From NCBI GenBank assembly GCA_963723515.1, contig CAVRQT010000003.1:992001-1056000 (forward strand): a DNA stretch of 64,000 nt, in the 5' to 3' direction. Both the position numbers and the translations under genes were made by a program. This document shows positions 22,651-33,306 of this stretch, in pieces. The notes under the pieces were generated by a model, which worked only from the letters and a program-made list of their open reading frames with translations, was not told where the DNA came from and made no database searches. The stretch comes from Vulcanimicrobiota bacterium. Its GTDB lineage: Bacteria; Vulcanimicrobiota; Vulcanimicrobiia; Vulcanimicrobiales; Vulcanimicrobiaceae. The stretch's first letter is position 1. Every line of letters begins with the position of its first letter.

Positions 22651-23775
22651 CTACGGTCTTTCGAAGACCCAGCGCATAATACCGCTTAAGAGCGACTGAT
22701 GTTCCACGGGCCGGACGTGCTGCATCACTTCATCTTCAGACTTTGCGCCCGGCACGTGGACCGGGCGGCGCGTCAAGATCGGGCCGCGGTCGCTTTGAAC
22801 GATCACCCGATGGACCGACGCCCCAAACCATGCGCTGCCGGCCGCCAACGCGTCGCGGACCGCATGCGCCCCGCGAAAAGCCGGCAGTGTTGAGCCGTCG
22901 GGCAGTTCGACCGTCGCGCTGCTCTGATCCAAGGGCAAGAATGCGGGATGGATGTTGATCGTCTCCGCAAAGGCGGCAATGAAGCGCTCCGGCAAGATGT
23001 GCATCCAGCCGAGCAGCAAGACGAGCTCCGGTTCAGTTTGCCGGATCGCATGCAAAAGGCGCTCATCATAGGTTTCGCGCGACTCGATGGCGCGATCCCA
23101 AACGACGTTCACAACCGTTGGAACGCCGCCATGAGGGCGCGCGAGAGGACTGGCGCGCCCGTCTTTGTTCGCGATCAAAGCGTTGATCTTCAGCGGAATC
23201 TTTCCCGCATGAGCGGCATCCAAGACCGCTTGAAAATTCGTGCCGTTGCCCGATGCGAGAATCGTCGTTGCGATGCTCGCCGCCGTCCAGCGCCGCATAT
23301 CGAACTCCTCGACCACGCGCGCACCGCTTTCGCTCTCGTAATACTCAACGAGTTTCTGATCTCGCACGGCTGGAATGAGCGCGAAATCGTAGCCAAGCGT
23401 GCGTAGTTCTATCAACGCTGCGCGCAGCAGATTACGTCCGAGCGGTGTGCCCCGAAAGCGCTTCGCCACGCCGAAAGGTCCAAAGATGCCGACGTCTTTG
23501 CGCTCGATCCAATTCCGAAGCCAGGCATATCGTAATCCGCTCGGCGCATAGGTAACAAAACCCGCGAAGTCGCCATCGCGCCGTGCGACGATGTTTCGCC
23601 CCACGAATGCTTCCGACGACCAGCTGCCGCCAAATTCCTGATCGATCCACGCCAGAGCCGCTCCCGAGGCGGCACTTTCAAGGGTGAATCCCGCGTTACG
23701 AATTTCGGCGAACGCCTTATCGCGTTGCTGAGATGCAAATCGCTCGTCGCGGAGATCGACGAGCAGATTCAACAA
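22651..23775 (-). CDS. purN: GNAT acetyltransferase fused to phosphoribosylglycinamide formyltransferase
   Basis: N-terminal FGPFGVAKRFRGTPLG acetyl-CoA motif; C-terminal ILASGNGTNFQA, INIHPAFLP and DRGPIL in one frame. Confidence 0.85.
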   Translation of the reverse strand: MLNLLVDLRDERFASQQRDKAFAEIRNAGFTLESAASGAALAWIDQEFGGSWSSEAFVGRNIVARRDGDFAGFVTYAPSGLRYAWLRNWIERKDVGIFGPFGVAKRFRGTPLGRNLLRAALIELRTLGYDFALIPAVRDQKLVEYYESESGARVVEEFDMRRWTAASIATTILASGNGTNFQAVLDAAHAGKIPLKINALIANKDGRASPLARPHGGVPTVVNVVWDRAIESRETYDERLLHAIRQTEPELVLLLGWMHILPERFIAAFAETINIHPAFLPLDQSSATVELPDGSTLPAFRGAHAVRDALAAGSAWFGASVHRVIVQSDRGPILTRRPVHVPGAKSEDEVMQHVRPVEHQSLLSGIMRWVFERP

Positions 23776-23788
23776 GGGATTTGCGCTG

Positions 23789-24806
23789 TTAATCGCGCGC
23801 GGGATGAACGGTGACCGCCGGCTCACCTTCGTGACGCTCTTCGATCCAACCGACGATCTTCGCGCCGCGAACTGCGTCTTTGGCGCGCTGAGCATCGGCC
23901 AGCGGCACGATCATCGTAAAGCCGATTCCCATGTTGAAGATTCGATACCGTTCCTCGTGGCTGAGGTCGCCGCGTCTGCAGAGTTCTTCGATGAGCGGCG
24001 GTACGCGCCACCGAGATTGTTCGAAGATTGCCTTAAGGTTCGAAGGCAACGTTCGCGGCACGTTCTCAAGCAAGCCGCCACCGGTGATATGGGCCATCGC
24101 TTTTACGTTGGCGACATGTTGAATGGCGCGTACGTCTTCATGATACGAGGGGTGTTCGGCCAGCAGAGCGTCGGCGAATGTGGCGCTATCGAAACGATCG
24201 CCCCATTCTTCTTTGGCGACGAGCTTGCGCGCGAGCGTATAGCCGTTCGTGTGCAAGCCCACCGAAGGCAAACCGATAATTGCGTCGCCCGCGCAGACGC
24301 TTTCCGCGCTTCGGAATCGTTGAAACGTTGACGGAACCGACGATCGTACCGGCGAGATCGAATTGCTCGTTCTCGTAGAGGTCCGGCATCTCGGCCGTCT
24401 CTCCGCCCAAGAGCGCACAGTTGTGCTTTTGACATGCGCTTTGGATGCCGGCAACAATATCGGCTGCCGCATTGGGATTGAGTTTGCCGACGGCAAGGTA
24501 ATCTAAGAAAAACAACGGATCTGCGTTAACAACCAAGATGTCATTGACGCAATGGTTGACGAGATCGGCGCCGACGGTTGCGTACCGGCCCAATTCCGAC
24601 GCGATGATCACTTTCGTGCCGACGCCGTCCGTTGACGCCGCAAGCGCGCGCGATGGATCGCCGGGCATCTCGAAAAGCCCTCCGAACCCTCCAAGCGCGT
24701 CGAGCTGTGCGGGATGGCGCCATCGTGCAGTAATCGTTTGGTAACGCCGGACCGCTTCGTTGCCGGCCTCGATATCGACCCCGGCAATCTTGTATGCGTC
24801 GGTCAA
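23789..24806 (-). CDS. purM: AIR synthetase (frameshift near 24325)
   Basis: YKIAGVDIEAG, TDGVGTK, GGETAEMP, GLHTNGY, HITGGG and FNMGIG. Confidence 0.95.
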
Positions 24807-24896
24807 GAGTGTCGTTTCGAAGGGTCCCGCAAGTGCGGCGCGCAATGAAAATCGACGGGCATATAAGGTTTCATTCACTTTTCTGAAAGGTTGACC

Positions 24897-26439
24897 ATGC
24901 AAGTTCGTGTTCTGACGGACGCGCCTGCTTCCGTCCGCACTGGAGCGCTCGTGCTGCCCATCTTCTCCGGCAGCGATCTTAGCGGCGTTGCGAAGACGAC
25001 CGACGATGCGTTAGGCGGCGCAATTGCGGACGTCCTGAGTAGCGGCGAGATCAGCGCAAAGCCGTTCGAGCTTTCGCTCGTGCACGCAAAAGGACAGAAC
25101 TATTCCAGAGTGCTTCTCGTCGGACTCGGCGAGCAAGAGAAGTTTGAGCCCAGCGTATTGGCACGCTACGCAGGCGCAGCGGTTCGCTATCTCGGCAAGA
25201 GAAAGGTAAGAGACATCGCGTTCGTTCTTCCGGAACGTCGCCAAAGGCAACGAAACGGCGGCTGCGTCGTTCATCGTCGAAGGCGCGCTGACCGGCACGA
25301 TCGATACGACGATCTATCAAAACGAGCCGGACCGCGCGATCGACATTGAACAGATCACGATCTTCGGTGAAGGCTTCGATCGCGCAGCGCTCGAGCGCGG
25401 AGCGGCACGCGGCCAGATTATCGGCGAAGCGGTCAACGCAGCGCGTCGCATGGCATTGACTCCGGCGAACGACATGACGCCAACGCATATGGCGGCGCGT
25501 GCGCGCGAGCTTGCGCAGGACGCTGGTCTAGAAATCGAGGTTCTCGATGAAGAGCGGATGCGTTCGCTCGGCATGGGTTCGCTGCTGAGCGTCGCGCAAG
25601 GCACCGACCAACCGGCGACGATGACGATTCTGACGTACAAAGGCGATCCGGGCAGCAAAGAAGTGCTCGCGCTTGTCGGCAAGGGCATCACCTTCGATTC
25701 GGGCGGCATCTCGATCAAACCGGCCGAGAAGATGCACGAGATGAAGTACGACATGTCTGGAGCTGCGGGCGTCATCGCGGCAATGCACGCGATCGGCAAA
25801 TTGCGGCCGAAGGTCAACGTCATCGGAATCGCTCCCGCAACTGAAAACCTGCCCGGACCGCGCGCAACGAAGCCCGGCGACATTTTCCGAGCGATGAACG
25901 GCAAGACGATCGAGGTGATCAATACGGACGCCGAAGGGCGTTTGATTTTGGCAGACGGACTCTGCTACGCAAACAAACTCGGCGCAACAAAGATTGTCGA
26001 TGCGGCGACCTTGACCGGCGCCTGCGTGATTGCCCTCGGACACGCGGCGAGCGCAGCGATGGGCAACGACGAGGATTTCATGCAGCAATTTCTCGCCGCC
26101 GCGAAACCGACCGGCGAGCGATATTGGCAGATGCCGCTGTACGACGACTACTCGACGGCGGTCAAGAGCGAGATCGCGGATCTTTCAAACTCCGCCGGTC
26201 GACCGGCGGGAACATTGACGGCGGGCGCATTCTTGAAAGCGTTCGTCGATAAGACGCCGTGGGTGCATCTGGATATCGCCGGCACCGCATACCTCGACAG
26301 CGAGTCGGCATGGCAGGCAAAAGGGCCGACCGGCACGCCGGTGCGCGCGTTCATCGCGCTCGCCGAAGCGCTTGCCGGCGGCGACGGCAAAGTGCGGCCG
26401 AACGGTGCGACCGCGACGGTAAAAGCCGGGGCAGCCTAG
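24897..26439 (+). CDS. pepA: Leucyl aminopeptidase (frameshift near 25235)
   Basis: VGKGITFDSGG, MKYDMSGAA, NTDAEGRL and WVHLDIAG. Confidence 0.95.
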
Positions 26440-26442
26440 ACC

Positions 26443-26466
26443 TGTCACGCTGAGCTCGTCGAAGCG
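26443..26466 (+). repeat. Single REP-like hairpin copy
   Basis: TGTCACGCTGAGCTCGTCGAAGCG. Confidence 0.8.
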
Positions 26467-26485
26467 CCGCGAAAGGCGTTAAATA

Positions 26486-27340
26486 ATGGCTACACAAATC
26501 GAAACTACGCCTAAAGCGGCTGAGCGTGAAACGCGGGTAAAGCGTGCGCGCCGTGTAACTGCGATCAACATCGCGCGGCGCAAGAATGCGGCTGAACCGT
26601 TCGCGGTGATGACCGCTTACGATGCCGCCTTTGCGCGCTGCGCCGAAGAAGCCGGCATCGACATCCTTCTCGTCGGCGATAGCGTTGGCACGGTCGTCTT
26701 GGGCTACGATTCGACGGTGCCGGTGACGCTCGAAGATATGATCCATCACACGGCGGCGGTTGCGCGCGGAACAAAGCACGCGCACATCATCGGCGACATG
26801 CCCTTCGGTTCGTATCAAACGAGCGACGCCGAAGCGGTGCGTTCAGCCAGCCGGCTGGTTCAAGAGGGACGCGCTTCGTCGGTGAAACTCGAAGGCGGCG
26901 TTCGCGCCGCGGACCGCATTCGCGCGATCGTCGCGGCGGGGATTCCCGTCATGGGGCATATCGGCGTGTTGCCGCAAACGGCAGGCTTGGGACCTGGATT
27001 CAAAATGCGCACGAATCGCGAGCGGCTGCTCGACGATGCGCGCGCCGTGCAAGACGCAGGCGCCTACGCGATCGTGCTTGAGGTTGTCGGCAGCGATATC
27101 GCGGAGCAAATCACGCGTGAGTTAAAAATTCCAACGATCGGCATCGGTTCGGGGCCGGCATGCGACGGTCAGGTGCTCGTGCTCTACGACATGTTAGGGC
27201 TCTACGAAGAGCCGCCGTCGTTCGTTAAACAATATGCTGATCTCGGCACGCAAGCGGTTCGCGCGCTGGAGCAATTCGCGGCAGGACGTCGCCTCCCGCA
27301 AATACCCCCACAGTCACGCGAGCTACCCGTGTCACGCTGA
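26486..27340 (+). CDS. panB: 3-methyl-2-oxobutanoate hydroxymethyltransferase
   Basis: MTAYDA, LVGDS, DMPFGSY, VKLEGG and IGIGSG..CDGQVLV. Confidence 0.96.
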   Translation: MATQIETTPKAAERETRVKRARRVTAINIARRKNAAEPFAVMTAYDAAFARCAEEAGIDILLVGDSVGTVVLGYDSTVPVTLEDMIHHTAAVARGTKHAHIIGDMPFGSYQTSDAEAVRSASRLVQEGRASSVKLEGGVRAADRIRAIVAAGIPVMGHIGVLPQTAGLGPGFKMRTNRERLLDDARAVQDAGAYAIVLEVVGSDIAEQITRELKIPTIGIGSGPACDGQVLVLYDMLGLYEEPPSFVKQYADLGTQAVRALEQFAAGRRLPQIPPQSRELPVSR

Positions 27341-27853
27341 GCTTGTCACGCTGCATGACCGTGCTGAGCCTGTCGAAGCATCGAAGGGCTTGATCGAAGC
27401 ACCGCGATGCTGCGATAGTCCCGTGTCACATTGAGCTTGTCGAATTGCGCCAGCCATGCTTCGCGCGCGCATGACACTGTCACGCTGAGCTTGTCGATAG
27501 TCGCTCTCGACTGACCGACGCGTTTTCTGTGTCACCTGAGCTGTCGAAGCGCCGCGATGACCGCGCGTTTTCTCTGTCACGCTGAGCTTGTCGAAGCGCC
27601 AGCGACATCGCGACTGTTGCGATAGTCCCAGTGTCACATTGAGCTTGTCGAAATGTGACGTTGCTTCCCAGCCATGCTTCGACAAGCTCAGCATGACACT
27701 GGGACAACCGTAAAGTATTACGATTACGGTTGCGCTTCGCGAAGCTCAGCATGACACCGGGACAACCGTAAATTATTACGATTACGGTTGCCCTTCGACA
27801 AGCTCAGGGTGACAGAGTGAGCTCAGGGTGACAGAGTGAGCTCAGGGTGACAC
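27330..27853. repeat. Large REP-like array: about 7 forward copies, then inverted copies and tandem half-copies
   Basis: TGTCAnnnTGAGCTTGTCGAAnnn units at about 27330, 27424, 27478, 27530, 27575 and 27632; inverted at about 27675, 27733 and 27791; three GAGCTCAGGGTGACAGAGT-type units. Confidence 0.88.
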
Positions 27854-27871
27854 CGGGAGCGTCAGCCATTC

Positions 27872-28460
27872 CTAAAGCGACGTTGCCGCGGCTATGGCCG
27901 CCGCCATTGCGAGCTTGTGATCTTTGTTCCATGGCGGCCCGAGCGTGCTGCGCATTCGAACAAAGTGAGCATCGAAGTTCTCGACGTGTAACGCCTTGCT
28001 CGCCTTATCTAGCACGTTTTTCGTGTCGTACCAGTAAACGGGCCAGCCCCGCGTTTGCGCAGCGGCAGCAATCGCTTTGCGATACATCACCCAATCGGCA
28101 AGGTTTCTTGAACGATAATCTTTGATTCGTTCGGCAATCGTGGCCGGAAGATCCGGACAACTTCGAAGGGCGACACCGATGATATGCGGTACCGCCGCGC
28201 GCCACGGCGTCCAGCGCGAGTACCGCATGTCGCTCTGCCGAAACGCGCACGCGATCAACCAGCGCGACAGCTGCGTCGATCGGCATCATTTGGCCTTCAT
28301 GGTGATGAGGAAGCGCCGGCAGCGCGTCGTCAACAAGCTCGACGCGGCGGCGATCGAGCAGCGTCCCATCGCGCGCTATTGTCACCAACACCGCCCAGCC
28401 GCCGTGATCGGATACGCCGATGATGCCTTTCTTGGACGCGTTCTTACTTCGATGGAGCAT
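27872..28460 (-). CDS. Hypothetical protein (frameshift near 28205)
   Basis: Two overlapping ORFs join into about 190 aa: IIGVSDHGGWAVLV...LDRRRVELVD...GPPWNKDHKLAMAAA. Confidence 0.6.
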
Positions 28461-28471
28461 GATAGCGGTGG

Positions 28472-28550
28472 CGCTTCGACAAGCTCAGCGTGACACAGCG
28501 CTCAGCGTGACACACACTGCTCAGGGTGACAGAGCGTACTCAGCGTGACA
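28472..28550 (-). repeat. REP copy followed by three tandem half-REP units
   Basis: GCGCTTCGACAAGCTCAGCGTGACA then CTCAG(C/G)GTGACA three times. Confidence 0.8.
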
Positions 28551-28577
28551 CGAAGCGGGCCGCTGTGCGGTTCTAAC

Positions 28578-29945
28578 TTAGCTCGCGGCGGAGCGAGGTT
28601 GATGCGTTGAAGGCACGTTCGGATATTTGCCCGTGAGGCAACCAAGACACATTTCTTCTCGCTTACGACCCGTGGCGCGCACCAGACCCTCAAGGCTCAA
28701 ATATCCAAGTGAATCGGCGCCGATCCGTTCGCGAATCTCCGGCACCGAGTAGTTGGCGGCGATTAATTCATCGTACGTCGCCATATCCACGCCCAAGTAG
28801 CACGGATGTTTGATCGGCGGAGAGTGAACACGCACGTGAACCTCCGTGGCCCCCGCTTCCCGCAACAATTGCACGATATGAGGCTTCGTGGTAGCGCGCA
28901 CGATCGAGTCATCAACGACGACGACGCGTTGTCCCTGTAAATTCTCAACAACCGGATTGAACTTCAGCTGTACGCCGCGGTTGCGCATCTGTTGATCCGG
29001 GCTGATGAACGTACGTCCGATATAGCGGTTCTTGATCAACCCTTCGATGTACGGCAGCCCACTTTCCATTGCGTAGCCCAAGCCGCCGGGAATCGCAGAA
29101 TCCGGGACGGCCATAACGACATCGGCGTTGGCCGGATGCTCTTTGGCGAGTTCCCGCCCCATCGCGTAACGAGCCATGTAGATCGTTCGCCCGTCGAGCG
29201 TCGAATCGGGACGCGCGAAGTAGATGTACTCGAACATGCAAAATCCCGGCGTCACATCGCTCTCGACTCTGCGGCTCTCAACGCCGCTCTTGCTGATACG
29301 AACGACTTCGCCGCGCTCCAACTCGCGAATATACTTTGCGCCAACCGTCGCGAGCGCACACGACTCAGAAGCGAGCACATAGACTCCATCGCCCAACTGG
29401 CCAAGGCAGAGCGGTCGCACGCCCCAAGAATCGCGGAAGCCGTACAGCTCGTCGCGCGTGCACAAAACCACCGAGTATGCGCCGCGGGCACGGTTCATGA
29501 CACCGCAGATCCGCTCCATCATCGTGCCCTCGCCCTCGACGATCAGCTTCGCGAGGACTTCCGAGTCAGATGTGGCTTGTAAGATCGTCGTTGGCGCGAG
29601 CGTTTCGCGTAATTCATCGGTGTTCGTCAAGTTGCCGTTGTGCGCGAACGCAAAATCGCCGACTTCACTGCTTTCAAGCAGCGGCTGCGCATTGACGACG
29701 ATCGAGGACCCGCTCGTCGAGTAACGCGTGTGCCCTACGGCGATGTAGCCGCTGAGCTGCGAGAGGATCTCTTCATCGAAGATTGCCGAGAGCAGCCCCA
29801 TCTCGCGATGCGAGCGGATCGTGCCGCCATCCGAAACGGCGATTCCGGCGGACTCTTGGCCGCGGTGCTGCAGCGCATACAGTCCGAAGAACGCGAGGCG
29901 CGCTGCATCATGCCCGGGAGCAAAAACCCCCGTGATGCCGCACAT
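28578..29945 (-). CDS. purF: Amidophosphoribosyltransferase
   Basis: N-terminal MCGI, LQHRGQESAG, HNGNL and VVVVDDSIVR. Confidence 0.97.
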   Translation of the reverse strand: MCGITGVFAPGHDAARLAFFGLYALQHRGQESAGIAVSDGGTIRSHREMGLLSAIFDEEILSQLSGYIAVGHTRYSTSGSSIVVNAQPLLESSEVGDFAFAHNGNLTNTDELRETLAPTTILQATSDSEVLAKLIVEGEGTMMERICGVMNRARGAYSVVLCTRDELYGFRDSWGVRPLCLGQLGDGVYVLASESCALATVGAKYIRELERGEVVRISKSGVESRRVESDVTPGFCMFEYIYFARPDSTLDGRTIYMARYAMGRELAKEHPANADVVMAVPDSAIPGGLGYAMESGLPYIEGLIKNRYIGRTFISPDQQMRNRGVQLKFNPVVENLQGQRVVVVDDSIVRATTKPHIVQLLREAGATEVHVRVHSPPIKHPCYLGVDMATYDELIAANYSVPEIRERIGADSLGYLSLEGLVRATGRKREEMCLGCLTGKYPNVPSTHQPRSAAS

Positions 29946-30017
29946 AACTTAGCCGGCGCTCTCGGTCCGCATTACACTCATTGTAACACCCTGGGCACTG
30001 CCAGCGGCTGCAAGGCC

Positions 30018-31295
30018 CTAGTCGAGGCGGCCGATGTCCGTGCGATACGTGAGCAAAGAGGCCTCGCCGTCAAACCGCTTGGCCAGCGCTTGGACCCCCT
30101 CGTAAGCACGGCTTCGTGCACGCTCGATTGTCTCTCCAAGCGCGCGTCACCGTGATGACACGGCCTCCAGCCGCGTCGACAGCGCCGTCGTGAAGTGCCG
30201 AACCGCCCCAAAACGCTTGCGTACTTTCCGCCAACACAATATCCGCCGGCAAAGCCTTCAACGGCGTACTGCGGGCCGGGTAGTCGGCCGTCGCCAAGAC
30301 GACCCCAACGCATGCCTTCTCGGAGAAGGACGTCAAGCTTGGATCCATCGCGCCGTCCGCGACACTCTTGAGAAAGGCCGCGAAGTCGCCGCTCACCCGC
30401 GGCATCAGCACTTGCGTTTCCGGATCGCCGAAACGTGCATTGAATTCAATCACCGCGGGTCCGCCTTGCGTCCACATCAGCCCGCAATAAAGAACGCCGA
30501 TGTAGCGTTCACCTTCGGCCAACAACCCTCGCAATACCGGACCAAGAATTTGCTCGCGTACGCGATCGGTTAGATCTTCCGGAAAGCCGTGCGGCGGCGA
30601 GTACGCACCCATGCCGCCCGTGTTTGGACCGGTGTCGCCGTCCCCGGCGCGCTTGTAGTCGCACGCCGACGCAAACGGCAACATCGCGCGCCCATCGCAA
30701 ATGGCGAAGACGCTGACTTCTCGGCCCTCAAGCCGCTCCTCAAGCAATAGGGCGCTCCCGCCGCCGGGTATGCTGTTGTGCTCGTACCACTCCGCCACAA
30801 CAGCGCGCGCGGCAGAAACGTCCGGCGCAACGACAACGCCCTTCCCTGCCGCTAAACCGTCGGCTTTGATGACGCAGGAGCCGCTCCACTGATCGAGCGC
30901 GCTCTTTGCCGCATCAAGAGAATGGATGACAACGGCGCGCGCCGTCGGCACACCGTGTCGTTCCATGAAGCGCTTCGCAAAGATCTTGCTCGATTCAAGG
31001 CGGCCGCCCGAACGATCCGGCCCGAAGGTCGCGATCCCGTTCGCGCGGAGGTGATCTGCCGACACCGGCAGCGATTGCAGTTTCCGGACCGACAACGACG
31101 AGATCGATGCGCTCTTCGCGAGCACGTTTGGCGAGCGCCTTGCCGTTGGTCGGCGTCGATTTCCCAGTTGGCGCCACGCGTTGCTGTTCCCGCATTTCCG
31201 GGCGCGGCAAAAATCGCTTCACATGAGGGCGAAGCGGCCAGCCGCCAAGACAGCGCATCCTCGCGCGCGCCGTTTCCGATAACAAGGATTCGCAT
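30018..31295 (-). CDS. purD: Phosphoribosylamine-glycine ligase (frameshifted)
   Basis: MRILVIGNGARE, LESSKIFAK, IKADGLAAGKGV, GPNTGGMGAY and EFNARFGDPE; ends TYRTDIGRLD*. Confidence 0.95.
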
Positions 31296-31318
31296 GAATT
31301 CGCTAGCGGTTCGGCGTC

Positions 31319-31713
31319 CTAACCCGCTACCTGCTCAAGCAGTGATTGCGTCGTCTTGAGCAGCGCGTCGGCATCTGCATCAGGATTTTGAACGAACGCG
31401 ATCACATTTGATTGTCCTCTCACGCTCCCGCTCACAAGACGAGCGCGAATTTCATTTCCGTTGATCGTATCACGCAAGTCGAATCGTTTCGGTTGTCCTG
31501 CCAAACGGCTTCGGATTTTGTCTTGTAGCGCTTTCGCGGTCCTCGCCGGCAATTGTATTGGCGCACTGGCGATCACGATCAACGTCTTGCCGTGCGGCAC
31601 AGTCGTCCTCAAGCCCATCTTGCAATCGTTCAATAAACCCAAGTGCGACTCTTATCGAACCGCAAACCGCGTTTCGCCAGGCGGTTTTGCTCCAAAAGAC
31701 GCCGGTTGATCAT
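31319..31713 (-). CDS. Hypothetical protein (probable frameshift near the 5' end)
   Basis: ORF 31319..31642 fills the gap between guaA and purD; probable ATG overlaps the guaA stop. Confidence 0.45.
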
Positions 31714-33299
31714 TCCCATTCCACCGTCGAGGGCGGCTTCGAGGTGATGTCATACGCCACGCGATTGACTCCCGGCACTTCGTTGACGATTCGGCTACTG
31801 ATTCGTTCGAGCAGCGATTCCGGAAGCCGCGCCCAATCCGCCGTCATACCGTCTTGGCTCGTGATCGCGCGCACCGCGACGAGGTTCGCATACGTTCGGC
31901 CATCGCCCATCACGCCAACGCTGAGCAGCGGCGTCAAAACGGCAAAATATTGCCACGGCTTCGGATCGAGTTTTGCGCGCTCGATTTCATCGCGCACGAT
32001 CGCATCGGCCTCGCGCACGATCGTCAAGCGCTCTTCCGAAACCGCGCCAAGAACGCGGACCGCAAGTCCTGGGCCTGGAAACGGCTGGCGCTCCACGATA
32101 TGCGCCGGCAATCCCAAAACGCGCCCCACAGCTCGAACTTCATCTTTAAAGAGCGAGCGCAGGGGCTCAACGAGTTCCAGCGACATGACTTCGGGCAGAC
32201 CGCCGACGTTATGATGCGATTTGATCTTGTGCCCTGCTTGCGACTGCGGCGTCTTCGACTCGATCACGTCCGGATAGAGCGTACCCTGAACGAGAAACTT
32301 GACGTTGGGAATCTTCGCCGCTTCTTCCTCGAAGATCGTAATGAACTCGTGACCGATTCGAATCCGTTTCTCTTCCGGATCGACAATACCGGCGAGACGT
32401 TCGAGGAATCGGTTGCGCGCATCGACGGCGACGACGTTGAGATGCATGACGTCGCCGAAGGCCTGCACGACACTGCTCGCCTCATTCTTGCGCAGCAGGC
32501 CGTTGTCAACGAAGATACACGTCAATTGTTCACCGACCGCCTGCGAGACAAGCGTGGCGGCAACGGCTGAATCGACGCCGCCCGAGAGGGCGCAGATGAC
32601 TTTCGAATCGCCAACCTGCTCGCGAATCTCGGCGATCGCACGCTCGACGAACGACTCCATGCGCCACTCGTCACCGATCTCGGCAATTCGATGCAGGAAG
32701 TTGTCCAGGATCTGCGTTCCATATTCCGTTTGCACGACTTCGGGATGGAATTGCACGCCGTAAATCCGCCGCTCATCGTCACCCATCGCGGCGATGTTGC
32801 AACGATCTGTCGAGGCAAGCGTTTGAAATCCGGAAGGCGGTTCGAGAACGGAGTCGCCGTGCGACATCCACACGCGCGATCGAGCGGCAACGCCGGCGAA
32901 GAGCGGGCTTTCGGGGCGCTCAACGCGCAACTCCGCTGGACCGTATTCGCGACGTTCTAAGGGAACCAGATTCGCGTGCAGGTGACGCGCAATCAATTGC
33001 ATGCCGTAGCAGATGCCGAGCATCGGCACGCCGCTTTGCACGATTTCGGGATCCATCGCCGGCGCATTTGGCACGAGCACGCTTTCCGGTCCACCGGTCA
33101 AGATGATCGCGGCAGGCGAACGCGCCGCGAGCTCTCTCCACGGCGTGTTGTGCGGAACGATTTCGCAATACACGTGCGCTTCGCGCGTCCGGCGCGCGAT
33201 CAGTTGACTGTACTGGGCGCCGAAATCGAGGATGAAGACCGTTGCCGGAAGCTTCGACGAATGCCGATCTTCGCGAGCGGGGGATATCATCTGTTCCAA
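31710..33299 (-). CDS. guaA: GMP synthase (glutamine-hydrolysing)
   Basis: LDFGAQY, GICYGMQ, QFHPEV, LSGGVDS, IKSHHNVGG and ITSKPPSTVEWE. Confidence 0.98.
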   Translation of the reverse strand: MEQMISPAREDRHSSKLPATVFILDFGAQYSQLIARRTREAHVYCEIVPHNTPWRELAARSPAAIILTGGPESVLVPNAPAMDPEIVQSGVPMLGICYGMQLIARHLHANLVPLERREYGPAELRVERPESPLFAGVAARSRVWMSHGDSVLEPPSGFQTLASTDRCNIAAMGDDERRIYGVQFHPEVVQTEYGTQILDNFLHRIAEIGDEWRMESFVERAIAEIREQVGDSKVICALSGGVDSAVAATLVSQAVGEQLTCIFVDNGLLRKNEASSVVQAFGDVMHLNVVAVDARNRFLERLAGIVDPEEKRIRIGHEFITIFEEEAAKIPNVKFLVQGTLYPDVIESKTPQSQAGHKIKSHHNVGGLPEVMSLELVEPLRSLFKDEVRAVGRVLGLPAHIVERQPFPGPGLAVRVLGAVSEERLTIVREADAIVRDEIERAKLDPKPWQYFAVLTPLLSVGVMGDGRTYANLVAVRAITSQDGMTADWARLPESLLERISSRIVNEVPGVNRVAYDITSKPPSTVEWE

Positions 33300-33306
33300 T
33301 TCGGGG

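Noticed and set aside
27332..27752. Short ORFs with VTLSLSK / LRQAQCD peptides at repeat loci
   Set aside because: These are translations of the REP sequence, not genes
27330..27853. Repeat array as CRISPR
   Set aside because: Repeats vary in sequence and orientation, spacers are irregular and partly duplicated, the unit is dispersed across the window, and no cas genes are present
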